Shown here: positions 41,569 to 52,400 of the stretch, piece after piece
How positions within the stretch are numbered: position 1 is the first letter of the stretch
Layout of the letters: the number at the start of each line of letters is the position of its first letter
Origin: a virus
Lineage: Duplodnaviria; Caudoviricetes
DNA length: 64,000 nt
Direction: 5' to 3' (one strand)
Virus record (IMG/VR): IMGVR_UViG_3300033074_000206
Coordinates: 47,436-111,435 of that record
The notes under the pieces: generated by a model
What the model was told of the DNA's origin: nothing
The model's database searches: none
What the model saw: only the letters and a program-made list of their open reading frames with translations
Program-made: the position numbers and the translations under genes

Positions 41569-42603
41569 TTATTTAGTATATAATATGACGATTCTACCAT
41601 TGAAAGAACTCTTATCGTCTGTAGTATTTATACTTATTTTATTATTCGATTTATTTAAAAAACAAGACACTGTATTACCAACAATATCAGAAAAATTCAA
41701 TGGATACGAGCCAGTATTGTTTGCGAAATATGAATTTTGTGAATCTATCCAATACGTAAACGAAGAATTGAATGCGAAAGACACTAGCTTTTCAGCGTTA
41801 TTGGGTAGAGCTCCTATATCAACTTCAATACCGTATACGGTTTTATTTCCTCTTGTCGCGTTTGTCACGAATTCTGATGTGGATATATTCATTTTTGAGT
41901 GGTTTTCATCTGTATTGCTAGCTCTCACAAATAATGTACCTGAACTGTGTGCTTTAATAACTTGAGCAATAGGCATTTTTAGTTCGTAATCCGCTGGTTG
42001 TACTTTTGTAAGAATTCCGGCAGTATTTGGTTTTACGTATAGCATATCGCCATCTACCCAACTTTCGCCTTGTTCTGAACCTGTAGTGTTTATATTTCTA
42101 ACTTTTCCGTACACCGTACAAAAACCATCAGAGTTATTTGTTATATCTTGTGTTACAACTCCTAAAATATATCTAGTGTTGGTTTTATTCATGTTCGCCT
42201 TTGCAACAGTAACCTTTCCACTATTACCTAATGAACCAGTAATCATAACAGCACACCCATCTTGAATAGTGATTCCGCTATTATTTCTAACTGGAACGAG
42301 TATTTCTTGTCCCAATTGTAATGTCGCGTTATTTAATCCTAGATCTATTGTACCATCGTCGATATTCCAAGCAAATTGTCCAACCCCAGGAACAACCGTA
42401 TTCGTTGTATTAAATCCTATTTTTGGGAGAGATGTTTGAGTTTCAGCCTTACTATATGCATCGATAACTCCCCCTATATTTGTTGTTAAGTCCGTTATAG
42501 ATATTCTTTTACTAATCCCCAAAACATCCGTAACAAATACCTGTTCTGTCCCGGTTACTTCTTCAGGGGTTAATACCGTTAAATCTGATATTCTTTTATA
42601 CAT
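41569..42603 (-). CDS. Virion structural / fibre-like protein
   Basis: RISDL N-terminus; G...WN..DGT..LGL; G.V..I.T; W..GD.LY motifs. Confidence 0.55.
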   Translation of the reverse strand: MYKRISDLTVLTPEEVTGTEQVFVTDVLGISKRISITDLTTNIGGVIDAYSKAETQTSLPKIGFNTTNTVVPGVGQFAWNIDDGTIDLGLNNATLQLGQEILVPVRNNSGITIQDGCAVMITGSLGNSGKVTVAKANMNKTNTRYILGVVTQDITNNSDGFCTVYGKVRNINTTGSEQGESWVDGDMLYVKPNTAGILTKVQPADYELKMPIAQVIKAHSSGTLFVRASNTDENHSKMNISTSEFVTNATRGNKTVYGIEVDIGALPNNAEKLVSFAFNSSFTYWIDSQNSYFANNTGSYPLNFSDIVGNTVSCFLNKSNNKISINTTDDKSSFNGRIVILYTK

Positions 42604-42616
42604 TTTTACTCCTTTA

Positions 42617-44224
42617 TTATTCTAGAGTTAAAATTGAACTAAATTCGTTTGTTCCTGAATTAATCATATTCAATTTAACTGTTTCTACACGATTATTAAA
42701 TTTAATAATCACATTTATTATTATTTCCTTTAAATTATCGCTTTTCGTAACATTTACTCTAGCTCCTGTTATACCACCACTCGCGAGAATATCGTCTAGA
42801 ATAACTTTCATTTCTCTAGCAATAGCACCCCTTTTTTGTAGAGTATTTTCTTCGAAAACCATTTTTCTATTTAGTTTTTCTGTTGCTCTTTCGATATAAT
42901 TTAAAGTATTTCTCAAATACAGATTATCTGCTAAAGATTCATAATCAACAAACATTTTATCAGATAATAGATAATTTTTTCGTAAACTATTTACGCCTTT
43001 TTTATAATAATAGTCGATATCATTCTTATTATGAAAATATCTTATATCTATATAATTTGATTTTATATTATATTTATATCCAGCACAAGTACCCCAAGGG
43101 TTCGTGATTGAATTCATAGCTTTTATTCCGGCGATATCTCCTGAAACGCTTACTAATATGTTTTTATCAGTAAACCCATCTTTTATATATTTTAACCCTA
43201 GTACAAATAAGCAGAATTCAGATTTAGGTAACGAATCCACATAAGAGTCAATTAAATTTCTTGATTTATTATCTAATTTAAATAATTTTTTTATATCTAT
43301 AAGAATATTTTCAGAATAAACTGTATTAGATTCTTCAGATATCTTTATTACTATTGGCGTAGTCGATTCTTCGCTCAAATACCCTGAATCTGATGTTTCG
43401 ACAATTTGTACGGTGTGTAAGCTATCGTCGTATTCTTCTGTTGATAATATCCCATTCGAACTATCGTCGTTATTCGATTTTATCTGAAGAAAATAAAAAA
43501 ATTCAGGAGGTATACTAACGAAAGCAATACAGTCTCTCCTATATTCAGCTAGTTGAATAGCAAGTTCATTATATCTAGAATTTCCTATTATTATGTCTAT
43601 TTCAAAATTTTCTTTTGTGAATATTGAATAAGCTTCTTCAACATCATCGTAAGAAGCTGGTTTTGTATATCCGCCTTGTAATTGGTACGTTCCATTTTCA
43701 AGTATCACAGATTCGATATAATTCGACTCGAAATTTTCCAGATCGTCGTCGATATTAAATTGTAGATGTTCTACTAATATATCTTTTCTATATATTAGTA
43801 CTTGATATTCTTTTTCTATAATCGATAAATCCAATCCTGTTGTATCGTTTTGGATTTTAACAGTCAATAAATCGCCCCATCCACCGACAGTATTCGCTCT
43901 TATTCCGTTATTGTTAGATTTTGTTGAATTCGCCCCAGTAACGCGGTATACTATTAATGGTTTAGAGTACTGAAGATAATTATAGCATTGATACCAATCA
44001 TCGATGAACGGAGCAATTGCTCTACCGAATGTCGTTTTAAACTCTAATGCTGATGATACGACTATTGGTTCATTTACAGGTCCTCTTTCGAATTCGCCTA
44101 CGAATAATGCTATATTTTTAGACGGATCTATAAGAGTGCTACGACTTTCTGATTCTGATGTGATGACATTAGGAGCTATTGTTTGGATTAATCTCGTCTT
44201 TACATTTTCTGTTGACATCGGCAC
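42617..44224 (-). CDS. gp18: Second, divergent, intron-free tail sheath-like protein
   Basis: APNV...E; FVGEFERGPVNEP; DWYQCYNYLQYS; GDIAGI; NPW...AG; LY.R..L.YIE. Confidence 0.85.
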   Translation of the reverse strand: MPMSTENVKTRLIQTIAPNVITSESESRSTLIDPSKNIALFVGEFERGPVNEPIVVSSALEFKTTFGRAIAPFIDDWYQCYNYLQYSKPLIVYRVTGANSTKSNNNGIRANTVGGWGDLLTVKIQNDTTGLDLSIIEKEYQVLIYRKDILVEHLQFNIDDDLENFESNYIESVILENGTYQLQGGYTKPASYDDVEEAYSIFTKENFEIDIIIGNSRYNELAIQLAEYRRDCIAFVSIPPEFFYFLQIKSNNDDSSNGILSTEEYDDSLHTVQIVETSDSGYLSEESTTPIVIKISEESNTVYSENILIDIKKLFKLDNKSRNLIDSYVDSLPKSEFCLFVLGLKYIKDGFTDKNILVSVSGDIAGIKAMNSITNPWGTCAGYKYNIKSNYIDIRYFHNKNDIDYYYKKGVNSLRKNYLLSDKMFVDYESLADNLYLRNTLNYIERATEKLNRKMVFEENTLQKRGAIAREMKVILDDILASGGITGARVNVTKSDNLKEIIINVIIKFNNRVETVKLNMINSGTNEFSSILTLE

Positions 44225-44245
44225 CTCTTTTTAATATATTTATAT

Positions 44246-44612
44246 AAAGAATCTAAAAATAAATTTTTATTTTAAGTTTAAGGTACATTTAATATTCGTA
44301 TTATAGAATATATAAAGAAATCTAAAAATAAATTTTTATTTTAAGTTTAAGGTACATTTAATATTCGTATTATAGAATAAAGAAATCTAAAAATAAATTT
44401 TTATTTTAAGTTTAAGGTACATTTAATCTTCGTATTATAGAATAAAGAAATCTAAAAATAAATTTTTATTTTAAGTTTAAGGTAACTATAATCTTCGTAT
44501 TATAGAATAAAGAAATCTAAAAATAAATTTTTATTTTAAGTTTAAGGCACATTTAATATTCGTATTATAGAATAAAGAAATCTAAAAATAAATTTTTATT
44601 TTAAGTTTAAGG
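44246..44612. repeat. Six tandem ~65-bp direct repeats
   Basis: TCTAAAAATAAATTTTTATTTTAAGTTTAAGG starts at 44252, 44321, 44386, 44451, 44516 and 44581. Confidence 0.93.
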
Positions 44613-44679
44613 AATATTTAATAAAATTAATAAAGTTAATAAAATTAATCAAATATAAATATATTAAAAAGAGGTTAAA

Positions 44680-45468
44680 ATGGCAAACGTTATTCAAACT
44701 ATGATAAATTCAGCGTTAGGTGATGGAGCGAGAAGCACTAAATTCGACTGCATTATTGGGTTAGACACTTTTTCAGCTGGCTCTAAGACAATAAGTGCTC
44801 TTGTAAAAACAGCGTCTTTTCCCGGAAAGTCTCACGAAGTAATAGATTTAAAATTTAAGGGCAGAAATATTCCTGTAAGAGGACAAACGAAATACGAAAA
44901 TACCTGGTCTTGCACATTTTATCTAGACGAGCAACACTCTTTAAAAAAGGCATTCGAGGACGAAATAGAATCTCTGGATTATCATGCGTACGCAGATACA
45001 AATAGTGTTATCGCTAAAGCAAAAAGTCGAAATAAAAAGAAGTATGCTAGAACATTGACTATTGTTCAGTTAGATTTCGACGGTTCGCAACAAACCGCAG
45101 TTTATAACCTATATAATGTTTTTCCAAAGTCTGTATCGCAAGTTGACGTCGACTACTCTGAAGTTGGTAAAGTACAAGAATTTACTGTTGAATTTTCGTA
45201 TAGTCATTTTGAATCGTTGAATATGAAAAGTTCTAATGGAGGGTTTATTGATAGTATGAAAGAAAGATTTTTAAATGCTGTTGATGGATTAATTCAACAA
45301 GGAGTTGAGTTAGCAACAGATGCATTGGCAGATGTTGTTAGTGGTGCAAGAGATTTATTGTCTAGCTCTGGAGTTTCTGGTGTTTTCTCTAGCATAGGTA
45401 ATTCTATTTCTAGCGGAATATCCTCTCTAGAACAGATGGATTTTAATCCAAGTAATATGATTGAATAG
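44680..45468 (+). CDS. Tail tube-like protein (gp19 paralog)
   Basis: GAR..KF; VKTASFPG; FKGR.IP.RG...Y..TW..TFY; Y.L.NVFP..VS; EFTVEFSY. Confidence 0.8.
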   Translation: MANVIQTMINSALGDGARSTKFDCIIGLDTFSAGSKTISALVKTASFPGKSHEVIDLKFKGRNIPVRGQTKYENTWSCTFYLDEQHSLKKAFEDEIESLDYHAYADTNSVIAKAKSRNKKKYARTLTIVQLDFDGSQQTAVYNLYNVFPKSVSQVDVDYSEVGKVQEFTVEFSYSHFESLNMKSSNGGFIDSMKERFLNAVDGLIQQGVELATDALADVVSGARDLLSSSGVSGVFSSIGNSISSGISSLEQMDFNPSNMIE

Positions 45469-45503
45469 TCGACGATTATTAAAATTGGAAACGACGTATA
45501 AAA

Positions 45504-45737
45504 TCATTTCCAATTTTTAACAGAACTAGACGGTTCGAATTTTTTCATATTCGGATCGTCTAGCATCAATACAAAATAACCAGCCCCTATCGCGGGATGG
45601 AATACTCTGGGGTGTTCTAGAGTATATTTAATACCATAATAATTTCCCCATGTGAAGGCTAATACTACTGTTATCAACCACATCCAAAAGAAAAATCCTA
45701 TAATCTTACTAAAAATACTCTTTATATCTTCGTACAT
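45504..45737 (-). CDS. Small membrane protein
   Basis: N-terminal TM segment; host-type promoter upstream. Confidence 0.55.
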   Translation of the reverse strand: MYEDIKSIFSKIIGFFFWMWLITVVLAFTWGNYYGIKYTLEHPRVFHPAIGAGYFVLMLDDPNMKKFEPSSSVKNWK

Positions 45738-46102
45738 TGTTATCCTTTTTTATTATATTATATAATATATAACCTTAAAAACAAATAAAATATAATACGA
45801 AAAAATTAAACTATCGTTCCCAAGCAGTAAGAGATAGCTCATAAGTATCAAGCCCAAACTTCATTCTATGCTTCTCTATTATCCTTACTACTTCATCTAT
45901 ATTCTTAGTAGCAGGAAATGGTACAAGTACCATTTCCTTTACCATACTTCACACCCTTACATATCTGAAGATTGTATGTATGTACTTGTCGATGTACACA
46001 CTCCATCTTTGTCAACAAACGATTCAGCTAAATACAAATTTCCATTCTCATCTAAGTACAGTCATTCACCTGTCTTAGTCATTTCTACCTTATCTGCCAT
46101 AG

Positions 46103-49100
46103 TTAACTCCATGCTTTTATTGATACATACCCAGCAACAACAGTAGCACCTGCAGTAGATACTCTAGCTCTTGCAAACGTAGCAGATAGTCCATTCACAG
46201 TTAACTGCACTGTACTTGACGCCACAGCAGTTAGTGGTGTTCCGAGTGCATACCAGTTAGTTCCATCCTCTGATCCTTCTAACTGCAATACTGGAGCAGT
46301 AGTAGCTGTACCAATATTTACTACCAATTGTATATTGTTTGCTGCACCTGAAAACAATGTTGGAGTAGTACTATTTAAAGTAGTCAATACGATACTTCTA
46401 TCCATTAATCTTTTTTGCGGTTCTGCTGGAATAGATGGAAGTATATTTCTAATTACTGCATTAGTAAATGATGGACTAGTTCCAGTAATAGTTCTTACAT
46501 ACCTTATGTGTCTACCACTTGCTCTAAGAATTGGAGTATTATACGAACCCATCGCAGTAATTCTTTGCATCTCATACAATGTTACCCAGTTTGTTGCACC
46601 ATCAAACGATTCTTCTATTCTAACATCCATTGTCGGAGTAGTCCCAGATACAGCTGTAACAGCAATATTTACTTGGAATCCGTTACCTAGATTATTTGCA
46701 ATCGCAGCACTTGTAGAAGTACTAGTTAACGCAGCACTTGCTACATCTAAAATCCCTGTAACCGCTGGGTGTGTATACCATCCACCTAAACCAGTAGTTG
46801 CTGATATTGTTGCAGGACTACCTTGGTAAACACCTGATGAACCACCAACTACGTACATAGGAATAGCCTTAGTTACATCCGCAGTACCTTGCCCATCAAT
46901 TTGTACCATACTTTGTTTATATGTATACCCAATAATATCGTGACTTCTTAATGTAGTTCTCAGAATCACAGTTCCACCACAAGCTGTTGTAGTAATAACA
47001 TTCGTACTATTTGGAGCTAGATACGTCCCAGTATAATCTTGTACAGGCTTAGCTAACATTGTAGTACCTGATAAGTTCATAATCTCATAAACACCATCTA
47101 AACCTAAGTCAGTACCAGTATTTGAAATCAACCCATGAATATTTACATATTCACCAACAGCAGCAGGTGCACCCCATGTACCATTTCCTACAAACGTATA
47201 GATACCATCTGCATTTCTTGCAACTGATTGAACAACCTGTGATACAACCCCTTGTTGATCCACACCACCACAGTTAGTTAATACTACAGTACCTCCATAA
47301 CTAGTAGCTGTTGCTGCAGAACCATGTACAATCGTAAACCGTGTATCATTTACTACAGTCACAGCAGTTGGAGTTGTAATTCCAGCAAAGTTAGTTTGAT
47401 CTAACACACCTTTAATCGTCACAAATTGACCAGTAGCTAATCCATGAGGAGCAATTGTATTAACAGTAGTTGTAGTTGTACCAGCTTTACTAATACTTGC
47501 AATTCTTGCAATTGGTCTACTCATTGACTTTGGAGATACAACTCTAAACCTAACACCGTATGTCTCACTAAAGTCAGGTTTAACACCAGATCTATATGTT
47601 CTTGCACTTGCAACAGTCGATGCATCTACAGATAAATCGTAGAACAGAATACTTTGAGGCTCACTTTTTACCCAGAACTTCGTAGAAGCTTTTACATCAT
47701 AATGACCATTAGATTGATACGCAAACACTGGAGCAGTAGATAAGCATGCTGACATATGTGAAGTATTTAACACACCAGACACTTGCGCCTCATATCCACC
47801 AAACTTACTGATATATGCACATGCTCCAGCTGATGTACTTGAGAATCTCATACCATATCCAGCTGTAGCAGCACCTAATTGAGGTCTATACGTTACAGTT
47901 CCTTGTGAGAACGGTCCAACAGATATTGATGGAATAGCAAGATCATCAGCATATGTACATATAATAGTTTTTCCATCTGCACTTATTGTATTAATACACA
48001 GATTCGAATAGTTCAATCTATTATCACTAGTCACACCACTAACATCGATCCAGTCACCAATATTTAAGCCAACTCCACCAGCTCCACCAATATTAACTGC
48101 AGTAGCAAACGTAATCGTTAGCGTTGTAGTAACTTGTTGAATTGTTGCAATCGGATAACTAGCAACAGTTGGAGCTACACCTAGTGAATCACTATTAACA
48201 ACATCCATTACTGCGAATTGTCCTCTTACCCTTTGAGACATTGATGCCTCTAATCCTAATACATGTGGTATACCTAATGCCTTTGGAAGATTCTGTAAGT
48301 AGATACTAGATTCATGATTATCAACAAGTGGATTCATCGATAACGCAGTTACTAATTGCCCATTAGATGTAGGCTTAACTATCAATGCATCCCCACCATT
48401 TAAGTTAACATTGTAGTACGTTGCAAGCGTAGCAGGTGTTATATCTGGGATAACCTGAATCATATCTCCAAACTGCCCTACCTGAACTGGATTTGCTCTC
48501 AACTGATTATCTGTTAACCCACCAGTAACAACTACAGGAGTAGCTCTTAATTGCGCATCAGTCAATCCTCCTGTTGTTACAGAACCAGTTACTGTTAATG
48601 GGTTACCTGAATCGTTTTTAACTTCAATCTCATTTGAAACTGAAACAGTTCCAGATATAGGTATAGGATTTCCTGAATCATTCGCAATCTCGATTGAACC
48701 GTTCGTTACGGTAACGTTAACCGCACTAGCTCTTAATTGTGTGTCCGTTAACCCAGTTCCTGCTCCAGCTAATGTCAAATTTGATGAACTTGGCGTTCCA
48801 CTTAAATCTACTCCAGTACTTTGATTTCTCCAAATAGCTGTAATAGTTGTCGGCGTATTTGTTACATCTATAACTTGCGTACAAGTTATAGTATCGCCAA
48901 CACTTGCTCCCATGAAAGCAGTTTTACAAGTGTACGTAGTAACAACAAGTTCTCTATCAGCTGTTGCTCCTCCTGAACCTCCCGAACCAACTGCTGGAAT
49001 ACCAGATGTTACGGCTAATTCTCCATCAGTCACAGAACACTTAAAGTAAACTTTGTTTTCGCCATAAGAACTAATATCAACTTGTTCCCTGTACGATAAA

Positions 49101-49237
49101 ATATGAAATTTATCGCCTGTAGATGGAGCGCTATCGCCTATAAAATACTCGACTGTCGCGTTGGTTCTATTAGTTACTATATCACCGCTAACTAATGTCC
49201 AAATATTTTTTTGTAACGTTTGTATTGTTGTTGTCAT
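46103..49237 (-). CDS. Large T/S/G/V-rich virion protein (fibre or spike-like), 1044 aa
   Basis: Late promoter; beta-rich composition; GLTD.QLRA x3 and EI.NDSGNP x2 repeats; duplicated C-terminal EES.DG.NW / EGSEDG.NW domains. Confidence 0.65.
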   Translation of the reverse strand: MTTTIQTLQKNIWTLVSGDIVTNRTNATVEYFIGDSAPSTGDKFHILSYREQVDISSYGENKVYFKCSVTDGELAVTSGIPAVGSGGSGGATADRELVVTTYTCKTAFMGASVGDTITCTQVIDVTNTPTTITAIWRNQSTGVDLSGTPSSSNLTLAGAGTGLTDTQLRASAVNVTVTNGSIEIANDSGNPIPISGTVSVSNEIEVKNDSGNPLTVTGSVTTGGLTDAQLRATPVVVTGGLTDNQLRANPVQVGQFGDMIQVIPDITPATLATYYNVNLNGGDALIVKPTSNGQLVTALSMNPLVDNHESSIYLQNLPKALGIPHVLGLEASMSQRVRGQFAVMDVVNSDSLGVAPTVASYPIATIQQVTTTLTITFATAVNIGGAGGVGLNIGDWIDVSGVTSDNRLNYSNLCINTISADGKTIICTYADDLAIPSISVGPFSQGTVTYRPQLGAATAGYGMRFSSTSAGACAYISKFGGYEAQVSGVLNTSHMSACLSTAPVFAYQSNGHYDVKASTKFWVKSEPQSILFYDLSVDASTVASARTYRSGVKPDFSETYGVRFRVVSPKSMSRPIARIASISKAGTTTTTVNTIAPHGLATGQFVTIKGVLDQTNFAGITTPTAVTVVNDTRFTIVHGSAATATSYGGTVVLTNCGGVDQQGVVSQVVQSVARNADGIYTFVGNGTWGAPAAVGEYVNIHGLISNTGTDLGLDGVYEIMNLSGTTMLAKPVQDYTGTYLAPNSTNVITTTACGGTVILRTTLRSHDIIGYTYKQSMVQIDGQGTADVTKAIPMYVVGGSSGVYQGSPATISATTGLGGWYTHPAVTGILDVASAALTSTSTSAAIANNLGNGFQVNIAVTAVSGTTPTMDVRIEESFDGATNWVTLYEMQRITAMGSYNTPILRASGRHIRYVRTITGTSPSFTNAVIRNILPSIPAEPQKRLMDRSIVLTTLNSTTPTLFSGAANNIQLVVNIGTATTAPVLQLEGSEDGTNWYALGTPLTAVASSTVQLTVNGLSATFARARVSTAGATVVAGYVSIKAWS

Positions 49238-49392
49238 TTATTTACCTCTTTTTTATATTATTTATATAAAGAGGATATTGAAAAAATTATTTAAATGTTT
49301 TCAGTTATTATGTTTATTAAATTTATAAATCTATAATTTTATTACTCGACAAATTATAGATTTATAAACTTTTCTTTATTATTTTTAAAAAT

Positions 49393-49416
49393 AAAAGAGG
49401 AAATGAATCCTCTTTT
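49393..49416 (-). terminator. Intrinsic terminator after sheath gene
   Basis: AAAAGAGG...CCTCTTTT inverted repeat just after the TAA. Confidence 0.6.
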
Positions 49417-49421
49417 AAATT

Positions 49422-52400
49422 TTATGCTCCGCCGATTACTTCGGAAAATGCCCGAGTTCCTGCATTTGTGAATTTCAAATGAATGAATTCCATTTATATT
49501 CATATAGATTCGTTAATTCTATACCGAGCTTTGAGCTCTGCTCCGAATTTCTCCAGAGATTGGACTATATCTTCATCTTTAGATTTCTCTACTAAGATGT
49601 CTACCATTTTGAGACGACTACGTCTCTACTCCCCGTTACAGGATAGTCTCTGAACTTTACTCTTGTCGAGTCTTAGCTGCTGATTTTCTTGCTTTTAATT
49701 TCTTAAAAGTTTAGATTTTCCAGACAATTAGATAGATTATAATTATATATTTCTATATAATGCGCCAAATTAATAATTATTAATATCGTATAGCAACGTA
49801 GGTCGGACGGATGAACACCATTTATATTCATATAGATTCGTTAATTCTATACCGAGCTTCGAACTCTGCTCTGAATTTCTCCAGAGATTAGACTATATCT
49901 TCATCTTATTGATTTAAGATGCAAACCATTTCCTTTTGACTTCAAAAGTACTCCTCTATGAGGATAGTCGTTGAACATTTTTCTCTTTAGAGAAACTTTG
50001 ATGCTGATTATCATTTTAGATTGAATCTAAATTAGACTTTCCAGACAATTAGATTTGTTTAATGTGAACTTTGTTAAATCCACTACTAGTTGATTCCTGC
50101 TTATCACGTCAGGGGTGTTATTAGATTCATCACAGCATTTATATTCATATAGATTCGTTAATTCTATACCGAGCTTTTAACTCTGCTCATAATTTCTTAT
50201 GAGATTGGACTATATCTTTATCCGCTTTGGATAGTTCCTATTTCCATCTACATAGATGTACTCCTCCACGAGGATAGTCTCTGAACTTTGTATTCTATGA
50301 ATACCTTAGCTGCTGATTGTCATTTTAGATTGAAATCTAAATTAGACGTTCCAGACAATTAAAGAACTTTAAATATCGATGTTACCACCGATAGGTGACT
50401 AGCAATTAATCACCATGAAGTCTTGTATACCTCTTCCTGCCTGTACAGACGAAAGGAATGGCTTAACCATACTGATAATTCTATTCATTTATATTCATAT
50501 AGATTCGTTACTTCTATATCGGGCGCTACACCCAGCTCATAATTTCTTACGAGATCAGACTATATCTTATTCTTATACTCTTGTGTATAAGAATCTCTCC
50601 ATTTCGAATCACTTGATTCTACGTACAATGTACTAGTCGTTGAACTTTGTATTCTGACGAATACCTTAGCTGCTGATTGATATATTCTACAATTAGAACT
50701 TAATTATTCCAGACAATTAGAAGAGTTTTCTGTTTATATTGATATAAACAGGCGCAAAATTTTACGCGTAAAATTATCATTAAACTCCATCACTTGATAC
50801 TTCATTTATATTCATTTAAGTTCGTTATTCTTAAATCGAGATTTAACTCTGCTTTATATTTCTATAAAGATTAGACCATATCTTCATCTTAAAAATTTTG
50901 GTTCCATTAAGATGCTCTCTATTTCGAGTTCACTTGAACTCTACGAACTTTCGTTCTGGTCGTTGAATCTTTTTCGCAATGCGAAACTTGACTGCTGATT
51001 ATCATTTTAGATTAGATCTAAATTAGACGTTCCAGACAATTAAAAGAGTTTTTGATGACCAATATTTCAGCCATCTTAGCTAATGCTCTTTCTAGGGTAT
51101 TGCTTACTATATTTAATTAAATTCGTTACATTTAATTGGAGAATATCTCCCTCTGAATTTCTCCAGAGATTGGACTATATCTTAATTATTTCTATAAGAA
51201 ATAATCTGCACCGCTTCGGAAATACTTATTTCCTACTCTACTAGTAATATACGTTCGATAGTCTCTGAACTTTGTTCTTTTATAGAACCTTAGCTGCTTA
51301 TTGATATATCTTAAATTCGATTTAAGACTTAATTATTCAAGACAATTCAATGCATTTTATGGTCTTTCCAATTTTAACCAAAAAGACCTCTAACATTTCA
51401 TATGCATTCGTTCTAATTCGTTAGATTAGAACCGAGCTTTTAACTCTGCTTAATGTTTTCATTAAGATTAGACTATATCTTATTCTTATTCTTATATAAG
51501 AACCAAACCATTTCCACTCACTTGAGTGTACTCACATTACGTGATAGTCGTTGAACTTTTCTATTTCTAGACTTAGCTGCTGATTATCATTTTAGAATCT
51601 TGATCTAAATTAGACGTTCCAGACAATTAGATTTGTTTATCCAGAGCCAATGTTTTAATAAACTCTGTCAACATATTTTATTTAGTATAATCCGCTATTT
51701 TATACCTGGAATTTACCACTCATAATTTCTTATGAGATTAGACTATATCATACATTTTTAACAAGTTGTAAAAAGTTGTAAAAATGTTGCACCGTTTCGA
51801 GATAGCTTTATCTCTACTCCCTCTCGGGATAGTCGTTGAATCTTTTTCTCTATGAGAAACTTGACTGCTGATTGTCGTTTTAGATTGAAATCTAAATTAG
51901 ACGTTCCAGACAATTAGATGCATTTATAGTTCGCGTGACGAATGTTCACGAACTCGCTTTATCTAACAATGTTTTTTGCCCCCAAAGAACTGTCGATTAT
52001 ATTCATTCTAATTCGTTAGATTAGAATCGAGCTTTTAACTCTGCTCTTTATTTCTAAAGAGTCTAGACTATATCTTCATCTTATCAATTTAAGATGCAAA
52101 CCATTTCGATATTACTCAATATCTACGTGCAGAGCACTAGTCGTTGAACTTTTCTATTTCTAGACTTAGCTGCTGATTATCATTTTAGAATCTTGATCTA
52201 AATTAGACGTTCCAGACAATTAGATTTGTTTATTCAGAGCTACATTTAACCCTGACCTGGGAAACTTCATTTATATTCATATAGATTCGTTAATTCTATA
52301 CCGAGCTCGGAGCTCTGCTTTATATTTCTATAAAGATTAGACCATATCTTTATCCTCTAAGGATAGTTCCTATTTCGATATTACTCAATATCTACGTGCA

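Noticed and set aside
44246-44612. CRISPR-like array
   Set aside because: Segments between the core repeats are nearly identical rather than unique spacers, and no cas genes are present
50415-50636. 73-aa + strand ORF and other short antisense ORFs (709, 22717, 25849, 41399, 46335, 55045, 56386)
   Set aside because: Shadow frames opposite real genes or introns, with no RBS or recognisable motifs
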